Positions 27,248 through 35,333 of a stretch of 64,000 nucleotides of DNA are shown in pieces. Both the position numbers and the translations under genes were made by a program. The notes beneath the pieces are model-generated. The model did no database searches and was not told where the DNA came from. It worked only from the letters and a program-made list of their open reading frames with translations. The DNA comes from Chloroflexota bacterium (lineage in GTDB: Bacteria; Chloroflexota; UBA5177). The stretch is from NCBI GenBank assembly GCA_035295425.1, contig DATGJB010000055.1, positions 33,698 through 97,697 of the forward strand, in the 5' to 3' direction. Position 1 is the stretch's first letter, and every line of letters begins with the position of its first letter.

Positions 27248-28999
27248 CTAGTGTCCGCCCGTGTCATAGGCGCCAATGTCGCAGACGCCCCGGTTCTTGG
27301 AATTGCGTGGATAGCCGCGCTGGTCCTTGTCGTTCACGTTGCCCGACCCCTTTTGCAGGCAGGTCGGCGCGTACGCGGTGCCGATTGCCGGGCTCCCCGG
27401 CTGCAGCGCCATCGTCTGCGTCGGCCCCCCATTCGAAGCCAGCGGCCCGAGCATGGGATTGATCGGCGATCCTGAACTGCCCACCTGATCACCATTCTGG
27501 CCGCTGGTCAGTCCGCAGCCGTCGCCAATACCAATGAGATTGTTGCTGTTGGCACCGTTCCCGTCTGACAATGTGCCAACGCAGTCCGGACCAACGGTGT
27601 CGCCGACTCCCAGAGTGTTACCCGCCAGCAGCGTGTTCGACATTGCCGTGGAGCCACCGTTGTTGTAAACACCTCCGCCCGAGGCGCTACCACAGTTGTA
27701 ACCACAGGGACTGTCAGCCGAGTTGTTGCTGATCGTTGTGTTAGTCAAGATGGAGAGTCCTCTGTTATAGATGCCACCGCCCTGGTATGTCGACCAGCAG
27801 TAGTTTGAGCAGGTACCGGCAAAGTTGTCACTGATGGTACTGTCGGTCACAACGAGACTGTTGCCGTTGCTGTTGTAGATACCGCCTCCCAAGCAGTTAC
27901 CGGGGCACGAGTTGCCGTTCACGCTGCTGCTCAGGAGCGATGTTGTCCCCGCGTTGTATATGCCCCCGCCCATCTGGCTGGCCGTGTTGCCGGAGACAGT
28001 GCCGGTCGTCACTGTCAGGAAAGCACCGTTCGAGTTACACACGCCACCGGCGCAACTGCCGGAATTGCCGGAAATCGTGCTGTTGGTCATCGTCAACCGG
28101 TACGAATTGTATATTCCCGCTTGGCCTCCCGAGTTGCTTTGTACCGTCGTACCATTCATCGAGAGGGTTCCAGTATTGGAGACGCCGCCGTTTCCTCCCG
28201 AGTTGCTTCCCACCGTGGAGTTGTTGAGCGTCAGTGCTCCAGAGTTGATGATGCCGCCGTTGCCGTTAGAAGTGACCGTGGTGGTCGATACGGCCCCCGT
28301 GCCGGAGTTCGAAATTCCTCCTGCGGAGTTTCCGCTGACTGCAGCTCCGGCAAGAGACATTGTTCCCGCGTTTGAGACACCTGTGCCGCTGTTGGAAGCA
28401 AGGGTGGTGCCTGTTACATTCGCGTCTGCCCCACCATTCACCGTCAGTCCGTTGCCGGAGTTACTGCTCAAGGCGCCGCCCACCGCTGTCAGCACTCCTG
28501 CATCCAGCACTCCGCCCGCATCATCGATGACGGTGCTACCGGACAATGTGAGCGTGCCGGAGTCGGCGATGCCCGGTGTGGCACCGATGACTTGCAGGTT
28601 TGCCAGTGTCGCGGTGACACCGCCTGGAATGGTGACGCCGGGAGATCCTCCGCTGATAACCGGCGGTGCACCCTTCGCGCCCTTCAGGCTCAAGCTTTCA
28701 GCAATCGTAAACCCGCCTGCATAGGTGCCGGCAGCGATCTCGATTGTGTCGCCTGAGGCTGCCTTTGCCATGGCGCCAGGGATCGTTGCGCAGGGATGCT
28801 TGCGAGAGAGACAGGTGTTGTTGTCGTTTCCGGACGGGCCGCTGTTCACGTACCAGGTAGTGCCGCCCTTGGCGTGAACCGCAGTCGTTCCACCGGCCAC
28901 GGCGCCTGCTGCTGTTAGCAGCGCGATAGCCGCTCCTGACCGAACACTGTTGAGCGAAGTGCCTGCCCGCGCGGTGTGCCGCATGACCTTCTCCTCCAT
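27248..28999 (-). CDS. Secreted right-handed parallel beta-helix repeat protein (Pmp-like GGxIYN repeats) with C-terminal choice-of-anchor-Q-like domain
   Basis: Signal peptide; many degenerate repeats (GGGIYNAG, GGGIYNSNG, GGGVYNNGG, SNSG/NSGG); Cys-rich C-terminus ending GVCDIGAYD. Confidence 0.7.
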   Translation of the reverse strand: MEEKVMRHTARAGTSLNSVRSGAAIALLTAAGAVAGGTTAVHAKGGTTWYVNSGPSGNDNNTCLSRKHPCATIPGAMAKAASGDTIEIAAGTYAGGFTIAESLSLKGAKGAPPVISGGSPGVTIPGGVTATLANLQVIGATPGIADSGTLTLSGSTVIDDAGGVLDAGVLTAVGGALSSNSGNGLTVNGGADANVTGTTLASNSGTGVSNAGTMSLAGAAVSGNSAGGISNSGTGAVSTTTVTSNGNGGIINSGALTLNNSTVGSNSGGNGGVSNTGTLSMNGTTVQSNSGGQAGIYNSYRLTMTNSTISGNSGSCAGGVCNSNGAFLTVTTGTVSGNTASQMGGGIYNAGTTSLLSSSVNGNSCPGNCLGGGIYNSNGNSLVVTDSTISDNFAGTCSNYCWSTYQGGGIYNRGLSILTNTTISNNSADSPCGYNCGSASGGGVYNNGGSTAMSNTLLAGNTLGVGDTVGPDCVGTLSDGNGANSNNLIGIGDGCGLTSGQNGDQVGSSGSPINPMLGPLASNGGPTQTMALQPGSPAIGTAYAPTCLQKGSGNVNDKDQRGYPRNSKNRGVCDIGAYDTGGH

Positions 29000-29189
29000 A
29001 CCCGATGTCGGCGGGACTGCGTCGCCGGTCAGTCGCTGCCGGCTATGCTGCGCGGTCCCACCTGACGTTTCGCCAAACAGGGCACATATTACAGGAGTTT
29101 CGATGGACCGTCAACTGCAAGTTTTGGTGAATCGAGATGCGTGAAGCGTTCGCAGGGCCGGGCGCCGGTTCTAGCCGTCCCTCTGACCG

Positions 29190-29380
29190 TGTGCAGGGGT
29201 TCGTGGGGCCGATGGAATATTCCGTGACAGGCGGGGTCGTCGGCAGTTCGGGACCGGAGCCACGAACCCTACGTCTAGCCCGACCAGTTGACGGAGGCAT
29301 GCCGTCGCGACCATGCCCTCGCCCAACAAAGATTCCGTTTACCTCACGATCAACCCCGTAGGGTTCGTGGCTCCGGTCCC
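29190..29380. repeat. REP (repetitive extragenic palindrome) cluster upstream of the RAYT gene: inverted copies GGGACCGGAGCCACGAACCCTACG (29250-29273) and CGTAGGGTTCGTGGCTCCGGTCCC (29357-29380), plus a partial copy at 29195-29206
   Basis: Exact reverse-complement pair carrying the GTAG tetranucleotide typical of REPs. Confidence 0.6.
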
Positions 29381-29487
29381 GAACCGCCCGGTGATGCACC
29401 GCTTCGGAGGCTCTTGATGTTGACCGGGCCGCTGGCACGCCACCCCGGCCGTGACCCGCACGCCTGCGCTACAATCCTTCCCGACCA

Positions 29488-30021
29488 ATGTCCTGCTATC
29501 CCGTTCGCCGGTCGACTCGCTTGCAGAACTACAACTATGCAGAGGCAGGCGCCTACTTTGTCACTCTCTGCCTCGAACAGCGGATGCCGCTGCTCGGGGA
29601 GGTCGTTGGCGCCGAGGTGCAGCTCTCGCCCGCCGGCAAGATGGTCGACGCCATCTGGCAGAATCTCGAGACGTTCTATTGCGGGGTATCGCTTGACGCC
29701 CATGTAACGATGCCGAACCATTTCCACGGCATCCTCGTTCTGGACGAGGACGTGCGCGGTGTCGATGGGAGCAGTCCGCGAGGGCGCATAACCGTCTCCG
29801 CGGTGGCGGGGAGGTTCAAGTCGTACACGGCGCATCTCTATGGAACGGGTGTGGCAGCGCGGGGCTGGCCACCGTATCCGGGTCGGCTGTGGCAGCGGGG
29901 GTTTCACGACCGCATCATACGCAATGAGCGCGAGCTGGAGGCGATACGCGAGTACATCCTCTACAACCCGTTGCGTTGGCATCTGGATCGTGAGAACCCT
30001 GATGGTCAGCATGGCAGATGA
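29488..30021 (+). CDS. REP-associated tyrosine transposase (RAYT; IS200/IS605-like Y1 HuH transposase)
   Basis: HuH motif HFHGIL, GAYFVTLC N-terminal motif, 177 aa; flanked by REPs. Confidence 0.8.
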   Translation: MSCYPVRRSTRLQNYNYAEAGAYFVTLCLEQRMPLLGEVVGAEVQLSPAGKMVDAIWQNLETFYCGVSLDAHVTMPNHFHGILVLDEDVRGVDGSSPRGRITVSAVAGRFKSYTAHLYGTGVAARGWPPYPGRLWQRGFHDRIIRNERELEAIREYILYNPLRWHLDRENPDGQHGR

Positions 30022-30204
30022 CGGGGCGGCGGGTAGGCCAACGCGGGCGGTGTCACCTTATGCCTGAAGTCTGCACTGTAGGATAGCGTCGAAGCTGCAC
30101 CGTGCCTGAGCAGGGCGGCATCGGCGGTGCCGCCCGGTCCTGTCCGGCCACGGGACCGATGTCACTGTGGGGCCTGGCGTCGGGCGAGAAGGCGCGAGGC
30201 GGGC

Positions 30205-30229
30205 CGGGACAGGAGCCACTGCCCCTACG
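30205..30229. repeat. Third REP-like copy (CGGGACAGGAGCCACTGCCCCTACG) downstream of the RAYT gene
   Basis: Shares the GGGAC-GGAGCCAC-CCCTACG core with the upstream REPs. Confidence 0.45.
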
Positions 30230-30466
30230 GCTCCGTTGGTTGGTCGTGTCCGGCGATCGACGGCGCGCCCCCGTCGTTCGCCGGTGCGATCTTGGGAGGT
30301 TTTGACGGTCCTGCCGTCCGGTGGAACCGGCGGCCGGCTCGTCGGATCGGTGGGGCCGGACGGCTGAAGGAGACAAATCTTACCGAAGGATTAATTTCCG
30401 ACTAATAGCGGGGTGGTATGGTGCCTTCGAGTTTGAGGCGTCTACGCGACCAAGTAGGAGGGCTCT

Positions 30467-30658
30467 GTGGTTCGACCCAGCTGCAAGAAGTGTGGTGGAA
30501 GGCTCGTGTACGAGCGGTATCCTCTCGAGGAGATGCTCGTTCGAAAGTGCTGGGTGTGCGGAAAGATTGACTCGTATCGCGAGTTGAACCGGGAGGAAGC
30601 TCGAACACTGTTCCGAAGGATCGACGAGCCAGTGATGGCGACGAAGCTGGCCTCGTAG
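30467..30658 (+). CDS. Small zinc-ribbon protein (CxxC..CxxC), 63 aa
   Basis: GTG start with an AGGAGGG RBS; CKKCGG..CWVCGK; locally lower GC; immediately upstream of the UDP-xylose synthase gene with a TTACCG-N17-TAATAG promoter-like sequence about 70 bp upstream. Confidence 0.45.
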   Translation: MVRPSCKKCGGRLVYERYPLEEMLVRKCWVCGKIDSYRELNREEARTLFRRIDEPVMATKLAS

Positions 30659-30721
30659 CGCTCGCCGCTTCAGTTTCCGCATCGGAGGCGCGATACCGCG
30701 CCTCCTTTTCTTTGGGCTACG

Positions 30722-31708
30722 ATGATGTGCACGTGGCATCCGGCCACGCGAGGAGGCATTCTGGAAGCGCTTGTCACCGGCGGGGCCGGCTTCATCGGCT
30801 CCCATCTGTGCGCCGCGTTGCTGGAACGCGGCTATTCCGTCACCTGTGTCGACAATCTGTCAACCGGCGCGCGACGCAATATCGCGTCGCTCCTGGATCA
30901 GCCCGGCTTCTCATTTCTCGACCACGACGTGGTGCAGCCGCTCGACCGGCCGGCCGACGTCATCTTCCATCTCGCCAGTCCCGCTTCCGTGCCCGACTAT
31001 CTGGCCCGTCCGCTCGCGACGCTGCACGCCAACAGCAGCGGCACGTTGAACATGCTCGAGTTGGCGCGCCGGTACCGGGCACGTTTCCTGTTCACCTCGA
31101 CCTCAGAGATCTACGGCGATCCGATGGTTCACCCGCAGCCGGAAATCTACTGGGGCAACGTCAATCCCAACGGTCCGCGTTCCTGTTACGACGAGGGCAA
31201 GCGCTTCGGCGAGGCGCTGACCTTCGCCTACCACCGAGAGTACGACCTCGATGTCCGGCTGGTTCGCATCTTCAACACGTACGGACCGCACTCTCGACCC
31301 GACGATGGACGCATCGTGCCGAATTTCGTCACGCAGGCGCTCGCCGGCCGGCCGATCACCATCTACGGTGACGGCAGCCAGACGCGCAGCTACTGCTACG
31401 TCTCCGACATGGTAGACGGACTGATGGGCGCCATATTCCAGCCGGGAACCGCCGGTGAGGTGTTCAACCTCGGCAATCCCGACGAGTACACGGTCGAGGA
31501 GTTTGCGCGCCGCATCGCCGCTCTGGTCGGCTCGGACGCCGGCTTCACCCATATGCCGCTGCCGGTGGACGATCCGACGCGGCGCTGCCCTGACATTACC
31601 AGGGCGCGCGACGTGCTGGGCTGGCAGCCGAAGGTCGATCTGGTAACCGGCATCCAGCGCACCATCGAATGGTTCCGCGATCTGCTGGCGGTGGGTGTCG
31701 AGGGGTGA
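30722..31708 (+). CDS. uxs: UDP-glucuronate decarboxylase (UDP-xylose synthase), NAD-dependent epimerase/dehydratase family
   Basis: VTGGAGFIGSHL Rossmann motif, catalytic YxxxK (CYDEGKR), UXS-type ANSSGTLNMLE region; exact start uncertain (an internal AGGAGG lies 4 nt before a CTG). Confidence 0.8.
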   Translation: MMCTWHPATRGGILEALVTGGAGFIGSHLCAALLERGYSVTCVDNLSTGARRNIASLLDQPGFSFLDHDVVQPLDRPADVIFHLASPASVPDYLARPLATLHANSSGTLNMLELARRYRARFLFTSTSEIYGDPMVHPQPEIYWGNVNPNGPRSCYDEGKRFGEALTFAYHREYDLDVRLVRIFNTYGPHSRPDDGRIVPNFVTQALAGRPITIYGDGSQTRSYCYVSDMVDGLMGAIFQPGTAGEVFNLGNPDEYTVEEFARRIAALVGSDAGFTHMPLPVDDPTRRCPDITRARDVLGWQPKVDLVTGIQRTIEWFRDLLAVGVEG

Positions 31709-31787
31709 TCGCGGGAGCCGGCTGGAGCGTCTCTCGTCCGGCGCGGCGAAAAGGCGCGCGGTCTGCTTTCAGCCGGTGTTCCTTCAA

Positions 31788-33128
31788 CTACCGCGTCGGC
31801 ACGCCTTCCGCCACATGCCCGTTGCTGGGCGCCTGTCCGCGCGCCACGCCAACGTAGTCGAAGCCTCGGGCTGCGGCCACGGCCGGCTCGTAGAGGTTGC
31901 GGCCGTCGATGAGAAGCGAGCCGCGCATGCGCCGCCGGAGAGCCAGCAGATCGAGGCTCTTGAACTCGTTCCACTCGGTGACCAGAATCACGGCGTCGGC
32001 GCCGTCCGCCACGGAATACGGATCACCGCAGAAGTCGATCCTCGACACCACGGCTGCCGCGCTGTCGCATGCCTCCGGGTCATAGGCGGCGATCTCCGCT
32101 CCCTCGACCTGAAGGCGGCGGATGATGTCGATCGAGGCCGCTTCACGCACGTCGTCAGTGTCGGGCTTGAAGGCGAGGCCGAGGACGCCGATGCGCTTGC
32201 CATGCAACGGGCCGAGCCGTTCCTTGATCTTCTGCACCGCCCAGCGGCGGCGATCGCTGTTGATCTCCAGCACCGCCTGCAGCAGCTGCGGATGCTGGCC
32301 CGCGTCCTTGGCCATGCTCATCAGCGCCTTCACATCCTTCGGGAAGCAGGAGCCGCCAAAGCCGAGCCCTGCATCCAGGAAGTGGGGACCGATACGTTTG
32401 TCGTACCCCATGCCGCGCGCCACCTCTTTGACGTCGGCGCCCAGCCGCTGGCAGATGCCGGCGATCTCGTTGATGAACGAGATGCGCGTCGCCAGGAAGG
32501 CGTTGGAGGCGTACTTGATCATCTCGGCGGTCCGCAGGTCGGTGACGATGATCGGGCAGTTCAGCGGCTGGTAGAGCTCGGCCACCTTCTCCGCCGCCTC
32601 GCTGTCGGCCGCGCCAAGCACCACCCGATCGGGGCGCATGCAATCGGCCAGCGCGCTTCCCTCGCGCAGGAACTCGGGATTCGAAACCACGGCGAAGGAG
32701 ACGTCCGGCCGCTTGTGCTCGTTGATGATGCTGGTTACCAGGTCGCCGGTGCCGATCGGCACGGTGCTCTTGTTGACGACGATGACCTGATGATCCAGCG
32801 CCTCGGCGATGCTCTTGGCCGCCGCGCGGACCTGCGACAGATCGGCGCCGCCGCTGCCGTCGTCCGGTGTGCCGACCGCGATGAAGACGAACTCGGCATT
32901 GCGCAGGCCCTCCTGGTACGAGGTGGAGAAGCTCAGCCGTCCGCGCGATGCACTGCGAACCACCACCTCCTGAAGACCCGGCTCGTGGATTGGGATGCCG
33001 CCCTCGCGCAGCAGCTCGATCTTGCGTTCGTCGACGTCGATACAGACCACCGAGTTGCCCATATCGGCGAAGCTCGCCCCGGTGGTAAGTCCGACGTAGC
33101 CGGTTCCAATGACCGTTATGTTTCTCAT
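31788..33128 (-). CDS. ugd: UDP-glucose 6-dehydrogenase
   Basis: Start ATG 33128 with a GGGGGAAGAGG RBS; [12 protein letters not shown] motif, catalytic [10 protein letters not shown]; convergent with uxs. Confidence 0.9.
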   Translation of the reverse strand: MRNITVIGTGYVGLTTGASFADMGNSVVCIDVDERKIELLREGGIPIHEPGLQEVVVRSASRGRLSFSTSYQEGLRNAEFVFIAVGTPDDGSGGADLSQVRAAAKSIAEALDHQVIVVNKSTVPIGTGDLVTSIINEHKRPDVSFAVVSNPEFLREGSALADCMRPDRVVLGAADSEAAEKVAELYQPLNCPIIVTDLRTAEMIKYASNAFLATRISFINEIAGICQRLGADVKEVARGMGYDKRIGPHFLDAGLGFGGSCFPKDVKALMSMAKDAGQHPQLLQAVLEINSDRRRWAVQKIKERLGPLHGKRIGVLGLAFKPDTDDVREAASIDIIRRLQVEGAEIAAYDPEACDSAAAVVSRIDFCGDPYSVADGADAVILVTEWNEFKSLDLLALRRRMRGSLLIDGRNLYEPAVAAARGFDYVGVARGQAPSNGHVAEGVPTR

Positions 33129-33784
33129 CGTTTCTGCCTCTTCCCCCTTGCCTGGCACCGCATGCCGTCGCACGCGTACTGGATCATAGAAGAACCCCGG
33201 CCACAATGCAAGCTGCGGCCGGTACGCCCCGCCATCGCGGCCGGCGTGCCCCGCCACGCCCGCTTCATGACGTCCCCTGGCCCGGCGCTCGCGGCGGGCT
33301 GGAGAGTCGGAGTCGAGGCCGGCAGGCTCACCAGCGCCTAGGATAGTGTAGCCGGACCCTTCCCGTGAATTCCGGTCTTCTGGCGTGCCTTTCGTATCTT
33401 CTCGGCTTTTCCCCTTCGGGTCCGGTGCGCTTCTCGCTGCTCACCGGCCAGGTACTCGGCGGCATGGCAGCGGCACCATCGGCGCCTCCAACGTGGCCTC
33501 GCCGCGACCAGAGACTGGCCCAACGCCCTGCGCCCGCTGGCCGGCGCCAGGCCGAGGGTGCGGTGGGGGTTACCGGCTTCGAGCCGCGATCGGTGGGTTG
33601 TGAATCGGCAGCGTCTGGCTGGCGCGCCCCGCTCTCGGGCGGAAAGAGACGGTCGCTACAATTTCCTAGCGCACGTCTGTCGGAGGCTCCCATCGACCAC
33701 TCACATATCGCCTCGTGCCCGGTTTGCCGGCGGCGGGTGCAGCGCGAGGCGGAGCTGCTGGCGCGGCATGCCCGGGCCGAACCG

Positions 33785-34315
33785 GTGCCTCCCGGGGCGG
33801 TGGCGTACGCGGGGCTCGCCTCACCACTCGGAACCATCTGGATGGCCAGCGGTCCCAACGGACTGCTGGCCGTCGAGCACGGCGTCGGCGAAGCGGAGTT
33901 CTGCCACGCCGTCGAGCGGATGGGGCATGGTCCTACCTATTACAGTCCACCGGTGCTGGCGACGCCGATGACGCAGGTGCGCGAATACCTTGCAGGCGAG
34001 CGGCGCGGATTCGACCTCGCCGTCGATCTGCGTGGCTGCACTCCGTTCCAGCGTACCGTGCTCACCGCGATCTCCGATATACCCTGGGGCGAGGTGCGGA
34101 GCTACGGCGAGATCGCGCGGGATGTGGGGAGGCCGGCGGGAGCGCGGGCCGTGGGCGGTGCGGTCGCGGCCAGCCCGCTGTCGATCGTCGTCCCATGTCA
34201 CCGTGTGACGCGCGGCGATGGATCGGCCGGCGAGTATGCCCTGCACACGCTTGGCTCCTGCGGACGCCACTACAAGCTGATGTTGCTGTCGATCGAGGGA
34301 TTCAGCTTTGGCTAG
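33785..34315 (+). CDS. ogt: Methylated-DNA-protein-cysteine methyltransferase (Ogt/MGMT)
   Basis: Active-site PCHRV, winged-helix region VRSYGEIARDVGRPAGARAVGGAVAASP; start uncertain (the long ORF extends upstream to 33365). Confidence 0.7.
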   Translation: MPPGAVAYAGLASPLGTIWMASGPNGLLAVEHGVGEAEFCHAVERMGHGPTYYSPPVLATPMTQVREYLAGERRGFDLAVDLRGCTPFQRTVLTAISDIPWGEVRSYGEIARDVGRPAGARAVGGAVAASPLSIVVPCHRVTRGDGSAGEYALHTLGSCGRHYKLMLLSIEGFSFG

Positions 34316-35333
34316 CGGCTTCCGCTCGCCGTTGGTCGAGGCGACTCCGGCGGGTGGTCGAGCGACCTTCCGGTACCACGACCCGGCGGCTCGATCCGTT
34401 GCCTTCACCAGCGACGCGACAGGCTTCGCCGAGATCCCCATGGAGCGGGCGGAGGGCGGCGTCTGGACCTACGCGCGGGAGTATCCGAGAGGCGCACGGG
34501 ACGAATACCGCTTTATCGTCGACGGTGAGGGAAGGCTCGATCCGCTGAACGACCACTACGCGCCGGGCGGCTTTGGGCCCCGCTCCGAATGCCGCCTGCC
34601 CGGGTACGAGCCGCCCCGTCCGGTCACGCTTCCGATCCTCGGCACGATGGTACAGCGCACCATCGACGGCCACGTTGTCGACGTCTACCTCCCGCCGCGG
34701 GTCGAGGGAGCGCCCCTGCTGGTCGTGGCGGATGGGCATGACTATGTCTGGTTCGCCGGTCTGCCTGGTTTGCTTGACGTGATGATCCGGGAAGGAACCA
34801 TTCCACCCACCGTCGCGGCATTTGTCAGCCCGGTGCGGCGCGAGCTGGAGTATCACGCCAACGACGCGTATGTCGATTGGATGGCAGACACGCTCCTGCC
34901 GTCAATCGCCACCGACGTACCGATCAGTCCCGACCCAGCCGCTCATGGCCTGATCGGCGCTTCCTCCGGCGGCGTGTTCGCCACCTACGGGGTACTGCGC
35001 CGGCCAGATGCGTTTCGTCTCGCCGGCGTCCAGTCTCCCGCCTATCGGGCCGTCGATCTCGGCGCCATCGTCAAGCGGGTGGAACCACCGTGGTCCTCAC
35101 TCCGGATCCACGTCGACGGCGGACGCCTTGAGATGGAGATCGGAGGGGCGCCATACCTGCCTCATATCCGCCGTGGGGTCGCTCTGCTCCGCGCGGTGGG
35201 CGCGACCGTCCAGTACAATGAAGTTGACGAAGGGCACAACTACACGAACTGGCGCGGGAGACTGCCCTCTGTCCTGACGTGGCTCCTTTGCGCCGGCCTC
35301 GGGCTGCCCGCGGCTCGTCAAGGGAGTCAGTGA
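34308..35333 (+). CDS. Putative esterase (enterochelin-esterase-like alpha/beta hydrolase) with N-terminal E-set/CBM-like domain
   Basis: Esterase-family motifs GASSGG (nucleophile elbow) and a HNYTNW region; overlaps ogt end. Confidence 0.65.
   Translation: MASGFRSPLVEATPAGGRATFRYHDPAARSVAFTSDATGFAEIPMERAEGGVWTYAREYPRGARDEYRFIVDGEGRLDPLNDHYAPGGFGPRSECRLPGYEPPRPVTLPILGTMVQRTIDGHVVDVYLPPRVEGAPLLVVADGHDYVWFAGLPGLLDVMIREGTIPPTVAAFVSPVRRELEYHANDAYVDWMADTLLPSIATDVPISPDPAAHGLIGASSGGVFATYGVLRRPDAFRLAGVQSPAYRAVDLGAIVKRVEPPWSSLRIHVDGGRLEMEIGGAPYLPHIRRGVALLRAVGATVQYNEVDEGHNYTNWRGRLPSVLTWLLCAGLGLPAARQGSQ

Noticed and set aside
27912-28724. 270-aa plus-strand ORF inside the beta-helix gene region
   Set aside because: Pro/Leu/Val-rich mirror translation of the repeat DNA on the opposite strand. 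The minus-strand product has signal peptide and coherent repeats.
31695-33341. 548-aa plus-strand ORF
   Set aside because: Antisense to ugd, which has unambiguous UDP-glucose dehydrogenase motifs and an RBS.
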